Origin: Guillardia theta CCMP2712
Lineage: Eukaryota; Protista; Cryptophyta
Direction: 5' to 3'
DNA: 64,000 nucleotides
NCBI RefSeq assembly: GCF_000315625.1
Contig: NW_005434584.1
Location: 82,177-146,176 of the forward strand
Shown piece by piece: positions 55,742 to 64,000 of the stretch (within the stretch, counting starts at the first letter, position 1; each line of letters starts with the position of its first letter). Under the pieces are notes generated by a model that saw only the letters and a program-made list of their open reading frames with translations, did no database searches and had not been told where the DNA came from. The position numbers and the translations under genes were made by a program.

Positions 55742-57883
55742 TCAGCTGCCACTGATGCTCTTCTTCTGCTGGCTCTGTCGCAACGCCTCCATGAGGATGC
55801 GCTTCCCGAAGATCGGCTTCCGGTTCTTCTCCTTCTTCTGCCCCTCCACCGTCGTCAGCGCCTTGCTCGCCAGCTCCGTGCGAATCGCCTGAATCTCGTC
55901 GCGCAGCCGCGCGGCCTCCTCGTACCTCTCAGCTCCCGCCGCTCGCAGCATCTCCTCCTCCAGGCCCTTCACTCGCTCCTCCATCTCCGCTGCCACCTTG
56001 AGGCGGACCGAGTGGCGGCGAACGAAGGCGGAGATGTCGGCCGTCGTCCTCGGCCCCTGGTAGTCGAGGGGGCTCAGCTTGTTCCTCGTGCTGTTCCCTC
56101 GCTCGGCCGGCCACATCCTGAGCGTCGGGTAGCCCTCGATGCTCAGCCCCGCCGGCAGCTTGTGGGCGGTGGCGTCAAACTCGGCGATGACGAGGTCCGG
56201 GTGCTCCTCGAACGCATCGCTCACTTCCATGTAGGCCGTCCGCATGGCCTGACAGTGGCCGCACCAAGGGGCGAAGAACTTGACAAGCACGTCCTTGTCC
56301 GGGTCCATGACCACCTGCTCGAGCTCCTCCCCCGTCAGCTTCCTCACGGGATCGTCGGGATAGATCACATCCTCCTCCAAGTTGCCCTTGGGCAGCTCGA
56401 ACTCGGGCTGCTCCCCCGTGAAGGCTGAGAGGACGAAGGAGCGGATGACGCGGGCCATGGCTGGCACGGCTGCCGCCTCGTTCCGACAAGTCTCACTCTT
56501 GCCGCAGGTCTGTGAAGAGGAGGAGGAGGAGGAGGAGGAGGAGGAGGAGGAGGAGGAGGAGGAGGAGGAGGAGGAGGAGGAGGAGGAGGAGGAGGAGGAG
56601 GAGGAGGAGGAGGAGGAGGAGGAGGAGGCAGCCATGGCGACTGTGGTAAGGTTGAACTGAGGGCGGCTCTGATCCAGGCGGTACATTTCTCCCTTGTCCG
56701 TCTCCTCGTGCCCCGCCACCGCCACCACGACGGCAGGGAAGTCGCTCGCCGTGAGCCCGAAGTACTTGAGGACGCTGGTGAAGTTGCTGCTGATCTGCAG
56801 GAAGAGAACTTTCCCGAACCATTCCTCCGCCACAGCTGCGAACGCCGCCATGCGCTGCTCGTGGCCGGGGGAGAAGGGGTCGGAGAAGAGGAGGGTCTGG
56901 TTCCTGACTGGCGACTGCAGCACCCTCCTCCACACCTTCCCCGTCAGCTCCACCACCCGAGGCATCCGGTAAGTCGCCACGAAGGACTTGATCCGGTCCG
57001 CGTCAAACAGCGCGTACCGCCGCTCGGGGGGCAGCTGATGCCACTTGGGGGGCTGGAACCACCGCCCGAGCACGACGCTTCCTCCTCCTGCTGCCTGGCT
57101 CCGACGGAGGACGAGGCTCGGGCCCATGGCAGGGCCCTGCAACTCTCCCTCCTGCCTCTCCTCCCCTGCCTCTGAACCCAAACGAGCGACACCGAGCCCG
57201 CGGGCTTCAAGGACCATGACGTAGGGCATGCTGCTGTTCGGGTAGGAGGTGTCGTCCTCCTCCGCCGCTATCATGAACGCCATCGCCTCCACCGAGTGGT
57301 GGTGGAGGAAGCGGCCGATGACTGCCTCCTCCGCTCCCATGGCCTCGAGCAGGTCCTCTGCCTCCCGGTTGCTATGCACCACGTGGACCGCGTCTCGACG
57401 AGCATGGAAGGAGATCCACTCCACCATCGAGCTGTTGCGCTTGCCGCCCTCGTAGCTCCGCATCCTCCCATACGCGTACCAGTAGAGCGAGGGAAATCCC
57501 ATCACCCCCATCGACTGCGAGAGTGTCGGCTCCTCGATCGCGTTCACCTTGGCCAGCATCACGTTGATCTTCTCCATGCGCATGTGGGAGGCGACCTTCT
57601 GGTAGATGGGCTCGAACTTCTGGCAGTGCCCGCACCATGGAGCATAGAACTCCACCAGCATGTGCGGCGCCCTACCGGCCACCGTCTCGAAGTTCCTCCC
57701 GTTGAGCACTGCCACGTCATCGTCCCACTGCACATGCCCGTCCCACGCGCGCAGGTCCCATCCCTCCTGCTGCCATGGCGTCTCTTCTTCGTCCTCTCCC
57801 TCTCCTCTCACCGCCATCGCCATCGCCATCAACATCACCATCGCAATCGCCCGGCACCTCGCCCAACTTCTATGTGCCACCAT
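55742..57883 (-). CDS. Protein disulfide isomerase (a-b-b'-a') with a C-terminal UVR (UvrB/UvrC-type) motif
   Basis: Signal peptide; two APWCGHC thioredoxin sites; GFPSL and EGYPTL...DYQGPRT; then LEEEMLRAAGAERYEEAARLRDEIQAI. No KDEL-type ending. Confidence 0.88.
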   Translation of the reverse strand: MVAHRSWARCRAIAMVMLMAMAMAVRGEGEDEEETPWQQEGWDLRAWDGHVQWDDDVAVLNGRNFETVAGRAPHMLVEFYAPWCGHCQKFEPIYQKVASHMRMEKINVMLAKVNAIEEPTLSQSMGVMGFPSLYWYAYGRMRSYEGGKRNSSMVEWISFHARRDAVHVVHSNREAEDLLEAMGAEEAVIGRFLHHHSVEAMAFMIAAEEDDTSYPNSSMPYVMVLEARGLGVARLGSEAGEERQEGELQGPAMGPSLVLRRSQAAGGGSVVLGRWFQPPKWHQLPPERRYALFDADRIKSFVATYRMPRVVELTGKVWRRVLQSPVRNQTLLFSDPFSPGHEQRMAAFAAVAEEWFGKVLFLQISSNFTSVLKYFGLTASDFPAVVVAVAGHEETDKGEMYRLDQSRPQFNLTTVAMAASSSSSSSSSSSSSSSSSSSSSSSSSSSSSSSSSSSSSSQTCGKSETCRNEAAAVPAMARVIRSFVLSAFTGEQPEFELPKGNLEEDVIYPDDPVRKLTGEELEQVVMDPDKDVLVKFFAPWCGHCQAMRTAYMEVSDAFEEHPDLVIAEFDATAHKLPAGLSIEGYPTLRMWPAERGNSTRNKLSPLDYQGPRTTADISAFVRRHSVRLKVAAEMEERVKGLEEEMLRAAGAERYEEAARLRDEIQAIRTELASKALTTVEGQKKEKNRKPIFGKRILMEALRQSQQKKSISGS
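56516..56628. repeat. (GGA)n/(TCC)n tract, poly-Ser if coding or an in-frame intron
   Basis: About 37 triplets; flanked on the minus strand by GTCGCC...TTCACAG at codon boundaries. Confidence 0.9.
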
Positions 57884-58829
57884 AGCAGTCAAGCTTGTCC
57901 CACATCCCCGCTCAGCCGCACGCAGAAAGCACGCAGAGTAAAAGTCCAGGTGACTAAAAGTGCACGAGCGTATAAAGCCTACTAACCCGCCTCAATAATA
58001 TGCTAGGAAACGAAAAAGGCAGCGAAAGAAGAGGTTGAACTCCTCTTTTACCGGTAATAGGACGGGTACTTTTCCATGCACTTGAATATGGGTGGGTTGG
58101 TAGAATTGTTGGGAATCGCAATGGCGATCCCGCGACAAACTGTTTCAAGGATGAATAACTCAAGAAAGAAAATCTGTACAATGCAAAACAAACATTTTTT
58201 ATTCAGAGACACATACAAAGTCGTTCTCTATACTTGTTAGCTTTGGACACGTCTTAACTTTTGACATATTGTCCCCTCTATGTCTTCTTCCGTAGACCTA
58301 CAACCAAACAAAGTTCGTAGTCCCTGAAATCTAGGCATTTGTCCTGTGAATCCTCCTCGTGTATCCAAAGATTGAGTATGTATACGTTTCCGAGATCGAG
58401 GTTGGGACCTGCACTCATTCTCTTTGTCCCGTGTTCCTTCTTCTGCGTTGAAAAGCTTCTTCTCCCCGCGTGGTCTGCTAAGAATGATTCGCTTTTTTGA
58501 GTGATCATACAAAAAGGCAGATTGGGGTCGATTGTTTTGAGAGCTCAGTGCATGCTTTGATGAATTACTTCAAGAAATCATTCTTGTCCAAATGATCTAT
58601 CAAAGACCAGAGGTTTTCAACACTGTCTATGCAGAGCGTCCGTGTATTGTTGAATCGACTTCGTACACGTATTGTCATTGACAGGAAGAATCGAAACCTT
58701 CTTTCTCGATTCGAAGAATGGTCTACTGCTCTCTTCGAGGATTTGCATTCATTGCGAACTGCTATAAACGATTACTTTTTCAAGTAGTCTGAGATGTTGC
58801 TTCTTTCCATGCCAGTGACCTGACGATCA

Positions 58830-59860
58830 TTGTACATGAATGCAAGAATGCCCGATGAACATGTTGACACAAGTGAGAGTCTTCCAAACAAACATGCCAA
58901 GGCGCAATCCGAACTGTTCATTCAGACAGTCCTTGAAACTTTTAGAACCCTTGACAGCCACACCCGATGTGACATGATTAGAAGGATTTTGAGTGAACAC
59001 GACTCTCTGTGTCAAATACATGACAAGAATACAGAGCATGAGCTATCTGCGATATGTAATTTCGAAATGGCTGTTTCAAATCTGCATGCTGCTGGATTGC
59101 CGGATGTACTTTCCGAGTTAGTAATCTTTGCCAGATTCGACATCCAAGCTTTCAAAAGCACACATAGAATCATGCCTTACCTCGTCATGGATTGGTGTCA
59201 TCAAAGCTTCAGAGCGAAGTATTCGAGGGGTATGAGATTCTCTCCGGAGATTGTGAGTTTCGCATCAACAATCCTCAATGCTTGCGACGGGAGTACGTTC
59301 CGTGTACTGTCAGGGCCAGGGAACAAGTATACGGGAAACTTCAATTCTGCACGTGATCTCAACAGGTCAAGAATCTGCATCAAGGTTTTGCAGGATTACG
59401 GTGAAATGAATTTTAAACTTGTAGAAGGTAATCATGTGTTGGGATGGACAAGACGATGATCAATGCTGTACTCCAGAGGTCCAGTAGCCGTTAGAACCCT
59501 TGCTGTCGCAGAGCCCTGATAAACTCCCAGTAACAGTATGGCAGAACGTCTAACATCTTCAAGCGCATCAACAATGGAAACTTCAGTCACACTCTTTCCG
59601 AGTTGAGGTATGAGATTCTCTCCGGAGATTGCGAGTTTCGCATCAACAATCAAAAACCTTGGCGATGGGAGAATGTTGCGTGTACTGTCAGGGCCAGGGA
59701 ACAAGTATACGGGAAACTTCAATTCTGATCAGGCTTTGCATAACTTGCCTCTACCGTCATATCTACTCTCCATAACCTGCAGAGTACAGACATGAAGACA
59801 CGTGATCTAAACAGGTCAAACATCATGTGTTGGCGACGGACAAGACGAAGGTCAATGCTG
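58830..59860 (+). mobile_element. Degenerate, internally duplicated remnant, possibly from a DNA-transposon transposase
   Basis: Two diverged copies (~59230-59460 and ~59607-59860) encoding GMRFSPEI.SFASTI.N..DG...RVLSGPGNKYTGNFNS(…NLPLPS), with stops. Weak resemblance to P-element-type transposase N-termini; no TIRs seen. Confidence 0.3.
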
Positions 59861-60187
59861 GGTTTTATAAACAATTCAGAGATTGCGAAGCAGATTTAGG
59901 TGGTGTCATGGGGAAAACAGTGGATTTGTGAGAACGGTTGAACTGCGACAGAGACGATTGGCTCACTCCCCATGCTGTACTACGAGGTATTTGCAGGCAG
60001 CATCCGAGGGCTCTTGCAGGAGAGAGTAATAAAGGCTCACTGAGTCAGATCGTTTCTCCATTAGCGTTGTCATATATATCTATTTTTACTCACGAAGAAA
60101 AAAAAAGGCTTGTAAAGGGTGGGAGACAGAGCGCATTGGGATGGGCTTAGTCGGATCATGGGGCAGACGTACATCTATCTAGCTAAC

Positions 60188-63100
60188 TTACATTCCATAC
60201 GCCATCGGCTGCTGACCGTACACGGGCGTCTGCACGGGCATGGGAGCAGCGGAGGCGTAGTCGACGGGGAGGACGGGGTAGGTTTGTGGGAGGTAGACGG
60301 GTACCATCTCCTCCACGGGAGGCTTAGCCACGGCAGCCGGGGCCAGGAACTTGTAGGCCAGGAACCCGAGCAGGGCAGCACCGACTACTCCTCCGATCAC
60401 TCCGCCGACGATGGCGCCGACGTTGGTGCTTGACCCTGGTGTCGTGGTGGTGGTGGTGGTGGCACCTCCGCTCGGGGAGGAAGAAGCAATCGAGACAGCG
60501 AGCTTGCGAGGATCAGTCTTCCACACAAACATCCTCGTGCTCGATGAGAGACCAGCCCGAGTCTGTCCGTTGGCGAACTTGCCAATGAGCGTGTCGTTCA
60601 GAAACAGGCTTGCCGATGTCGCCGAGCTCGTCGACACAATCATCAACGACGGTGCTGTCCAGGTCGAGTCCAGCACGGAGGGCTTGTTCGAGATCGAGTA
60701 GGCGTAAGGGCTGCTGAGCGTGTACACCTGCTGCTGGACCGGCTGATCGCCGAGCATCTGACCGAAGGAGTCCAGCACCCACACTGGCGACCCGGGCTCG
60801 TACACGTTGGCAGAGCTTGCGTTGATGGCGCTGGAGGTGGAAGACAAGAGGCTGCTGCCTGACGCCGTGTCAAAACCGTCCATGAGGTCCTGGAAGTAGA
60901 GAGGGTCTGCCGGGAACTGCGAGGGCTTGTAGATCTCTGGGTAGAGGAGCGAGGGCCTGATCAGCCTCTGGGTGAACTTGTTGGTCATGTCCACGCTCAA
61001 GAAGACCTGGTTGGTGAAAGTCTGGTAGGAGTAGGAAGTGCCTGTCACACCAGGCAGGTTGCTGCCATCGCCGTTCTCGACGTAACGGTTGAGGGTCAGC
61101 TGCAGCGTCGGGTCAGTCGTGACCCCACTCCCCATGTTGCGCACTGAGAATCCAGACACGGTGTACACACCACCCGCGCTCATCCCGTACACTGGGACAG
61201 CTGAGAAGCCAGTGGCACCGGGATACGCTGACTTCACGTTGAACTGCAGCGAGAACAAGTTGTTCGGGAAGTTGTAAGGCACGTTCTTCGTGTGCGCCGC
61301 GGCTGTAGTGCCACGTCTGCCTCGGTTGGCTGCCGCCACATCTCCGGCGCCTGGGACGAAAAAGATCTCCTGGTCCAGCTCCGCCCAAACGTTGCGCGTG
61401 ATCCCGGCAGGGAGAGTAATGCTGCTTGACTGGGCAACATACCTCAAGTGCATAGACCTCCTTGCAAAGCTTGTTGCCTGGATCGTCGAGGATACTGTCG
61501 GGGACGATACCCACTTGACAGTCGCCCCAGCGCTGTGTGCAGACGCTGTGGTACCGAGCTGAGCCCTTGACACCTGCAGGTTGTTTCCGTTAATGTTGAC
61601 AACCTGCAGCTGCTCGTTCGACACTTGAATGTAGTCGTTCAGCTTGAACCCGGATGCGTCCGTCAAGATAACGCTCGTCAAGGAGCTGTTCACAGCAACT
61701 GCAAGGGTGGTCTTCTGGAAGCTGGTCTTCTGCTGCAGGGTTACCAAGTCAGATCCCTCATGGAAGGACCACGTGTTGTAAGGACTGATGCGGTTGATTG
61801 TCAACTCATGAGTACCCACCGCCTGCACCTGATCCAGCTCTTGTCCCACCTTGATGTAGTCACCAGCAACAAAGGTAGAAACATCAAACACCCCAACCTT
61901 GTTGTACATGTACAACACAGACTCGTTCTTGGTGTGAGTGAGAGTGGGGTTTCCTCGAACCACTGTTAGAGATGACCCGGATACACCCGTGACCTGGAGG
62001 ATCTCGGAGGTGCCCTGATACGTATCCACACGAACAAAGTCCCCAGCGCTGTAAGTAGAACTCACGTCCCCGTACAAGTTGACAACTGTGTCGTGTGCTG
62101 CCATGTCTTGGCTCAAGAGTCTGGCATCCTGAACAACATAGACCTTGGTTCCGGCAGGGATTACCAGCCGGTTGGTTGTACTCACCGATTGGGTCTGCGG
62201 ATACATGGACACAAGATTCAATTTGCTATTTGCCGCGTCGATGGACGTAACATTGAACACCTGTGCGTCGATGACCACCGTCGCTCCCGCACTGATCCCC
62301 TCGAATTGCTTTAAAGTAATATCCGTCAACTCTGTCGTTTGATTGACGGCTGTGGATACAGTGTCGTTGATGAATTTGACCAAGGTTGGCATTTTGTCGA
62401 CCTTCTGGATGACAGTTCCAGTCTGGGGAAACTCTCCCTCGGTTGTGTTGGCCTGTCCTCGAGCGAAGCTGGAGCCTCCCAGATACTTGATCACCTCGTT
62501 CTGAGTCCCAGATGTCATCAAAAGGTAGTCGCCTGCAGCGATCCCATTCATGTCAGACAAATCACTCGATGTGATGGCGGTATTTGCAGCGATGGTTTTT
62601 GTGAGAGTCTTGGGGTTGAAGACGTACGTGACAGGCGTCCCAGCATCTGCGGTTGCCTCGGCCGTGGTTGACTGCTGTCCACGAACAACCGTCAGGTTCT
62701 GCATCAGGTATCCGCTGGTCGAAGAGACAACAGATTGCACGAGCATGACCTCTCCCAGCATCTGGACATAGTCTCCAGCCTGAAATCCGCTGGAAGATGA
62801 CCCCAGCACGGGGTCCTTCACCTGGATCAGCGGATCGCTTGCAGAAGCGACCTTAGATACGAGCACCATGCCCCGCCGAGTGATGGTCGTACCAAGTGCG
62901 GAGGGCTTGGTAGTGGAAAACAATGTTCCAGCCGCGTGCTCCGCCGGTGTTGTCTCTAGCTCCCCTCTGGTGACATACACCAGATCTCCAGAGATCTCAG
63001 TCACCTTCATGATCTCGTTACCCAGCGTGATGTAGGCACCCGCAAACAACGAGCTGGTGTCTGTGATGTTGATGCTTGTCTGCGTTGTAGTCACACCGGC

Positions 63101-64000
63101 CCTCAATGCGAGAGGAAGCTGCAATGTCAACGCTGTCTTGCCCACCACCGCGCCTGTCTTGTGCGAAGCAGGGAGAGTTCCGCCCTGTCCGCGGAGAACG
63201 GTCAAGCTGGTTCCCGTCGATGGCACTGATGAGATGAACATGATCTCGTTGTTGATCAGGACATATGTGCCCTGGCTGAACTGAGTTGCTTTGGTCAACG
63301 TCAAGGTGGTCGCAGTGGAGGAGACGTCTTGTAGCAGAACCGATCCTGGATTGAAAGTCCGAACGATGGTTCCGACTCCGTAAGTCCCCGTGGTGGTGTT
63401 GAACTGCCCTCTGTACACCGACAGCGTCGTAGACGTGAGCACAGAGTCAATGAGCAAAATCTCGCTCTTGATCTTGATGTAGTCGTTGGCGTTAAACCCT
63501 GCTGTGGATCCTACTGTCAAGATCTTGGTGGTCGCTGCTGCTCTGCGAGCCGACACCCCTTGGAAGGTGGTCACTGCTACACTCGCCGTTGAAACACCGT
63601 ACACTCCGTCGCTAAACCCCGAGCGCAGAAGATAGTCAATCTTGGTCACCTGCTCCGCAGAGTTGCGAAGAGCACCCTTGCTGTACGAAAGATCGCCTGG
63701 CCAGTAGAGAGGGCCAGGACTCAACGTCTCGGAGTTGGAGCCCTCCGTGAAGTAAACAAGGATCTCCGCACAGGGGTAGGATGCCCCTGCGTCCGAGGGA
63801 AAGAAGAGCTTGAGAGGGTTGGGGGTGTTCGGAGAGAAGCCGAAGCCAGCATTGAGAAGTACAGGGCTGTCAGTGTTGGCGTTCCACCCGATCGCTGTAA
63901 ACGCCTCATCGGTCAGAACAGCTCCTGCCTGGGTGCCAACCGTGGAAAGGTAAGTTGGGCAGTTGTCCTGCGAACAAGGGAAGGTAGTGCAAGGGAACTG
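60188..64000 (-). CDS. Second giant type-I surface protein, paralog of 5020-16050; C-terminal more than 1270 aa, 5' end outside window
   Basis: The frame stays open from 63724 to the window edge. About 10 E...V......LTV.RG..GT.A..H repeats. Shared motifs WPGD, YP.IY.P.....DPLY.QD.MDG.D, PV..LDSFGQMLGD, R.F.WKT.P.K. TM NVGAIVGGVIGGVVGAALLGFLAYKF; Pro/Tyr-rich tail. Confidence 0.92.
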   Translation of the reverse strand, partial: QFPCTTFPCSQDNCPTYLSTVGTQAGAVLTDEAFTAIGWNANTDSPVLLNAGFGFSPNTPNPLKLFFPSDAGASYPCAEILVYFTEGSNSETLSPGPLYWPGDLSYSKGALRNSAEQVTKIDYLLRSGFSDGVYGVSTASVAVTTFQGVSARRAAATTKILTVGSTAGFNANDYIKIKSEILLIDSVLTSTTLSVYRGQFNTTTGTYGVGTIVRTFNPGSVLLQDVSSTATTLTLTKATQFSQGTYVLINNEIMFISSVPSTGTSLTVLRGQGGTLPASHKTGAVVGKTALTLQLPLALRAGVTTTQTSINITDTSSLFAGAYITLGNEIMKVTEISGDLVYVTRGELETTPAEHAAGTLFSTTKPSALGTTITRRGMVLVSKVASASDPLIQVKDPVLGSSSSGFQAGDYVQMLGEVMLVQSVVSSTSGYLMQNLTVVRGQQSTTAEATADAGTPVTYVFNPKTLTKTIAANTAITSSDLSDMNGIAAGDYLLMTSGTQNEVIKYLGGSSFARGQANTTEGEFPQTGTVIQKVDKMPTLVKFINDTVSTAVNQTTELTDITLKQFEGISAGATVVIDAQVFNVTSIDAANSKLNLVSMYPQTQSVSTTNRLVIPAGTKVYVVQDARLLSQDMAAHDTVVNLYGDVSSTYSAGDFVRVDTYQGTSEILQVTGVSGSSLTVVRGNPTLTHTKNESVLYMYNKVGVFDVSTFVAGDYIKVGQELDQVQAVGTHELTINRISPYNTWSFHEGSDLVTLQQKTSFQKTTLAVAVNSSLTSVILTDASGFKLNDYIQVSNEQLQVVNINGNNLQVSRAQLGTTASAHSAGATVKWVSSPTVSSTIQATSFARRSMHLRYVAQSSSITLPAGITRNVWAELDQEIFFVPGAGDVAAANRGRRGTTAAAHTKNVPYNFPNNLFSLQFNVKSAYPGATGFSAVPVYGMSAGGVYTVSGFSVRNMGSGVTTDPTLQLTLNRYVENGDGSNLPGVTGTSYSYQTFTNQVFLSVDMTNKFTQRLIRPSLLYPEIYKPSQFPADPLYFQDLMDGFDTASGSSLLSSTSSAINASSANVYEPGSPVWVLDSFGQMLGDQPVQQQVYTLSSPYAYSISNKPSVLDSTWTAPSLMIVSTSSATSASLFLNDTLIGKFANGQTRAGLSSSTRMFVWKTDPRKLAVSIASSSPSGGATTTTTTTPGSSTNVGAIVGGVIGGVVGAALLGFLAYKFLAPAAVAKPPVEEMVPVYLPQTYPVLPVDYASAAPMPVQTPVYGQQPMAYGM

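Overview
This is eukaryotic nuclear DNA: short GT-AG introns, many (GGA/CCT)n microsatellite-filled introns, and three 100-N assembly gaps. The style suggests an algal/protist genome, probably a cryptophyte such as Guillardia (inference only). Intron-rich housekeeping genes: UBE2C, a prephenate dehydrogenase, USP14/UBP6, exportin-7, a CAP-Gly-IQ-PPP (RdgC/PPEF-like) phosphatase, a helical-repeat protein and a PDI with a UVR motif. Interleaved with them is a mostly intronless secretory/cell-surface set: two paralogous very large type-I membrane proteins built from repeats resembling phage structural-protein modules (3676 aa; and more than 1270 aa, running off the window), a Ser-rich type-I surface protein, and a glycosyltransferase cluster (GT-A/GT2-like, PLOD-type GT fused to GT90, GT61, GT90, and three disrupted DUF3431-like copies). 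At 2.5-4.7 kb a composite block holds a recent inverted duplicate of a DUF3431 fragment, a 13-repeat CxH-x6-CxxC putative zinc-repeat protein and a 57-bp tandem array. A 15-mer (TTAACTTTGAGTAAA in gene sense) with GC-rich GGGCCC islands recurs upstream of genes. Family assignments come from motif recognition by eye; no database searches were run.
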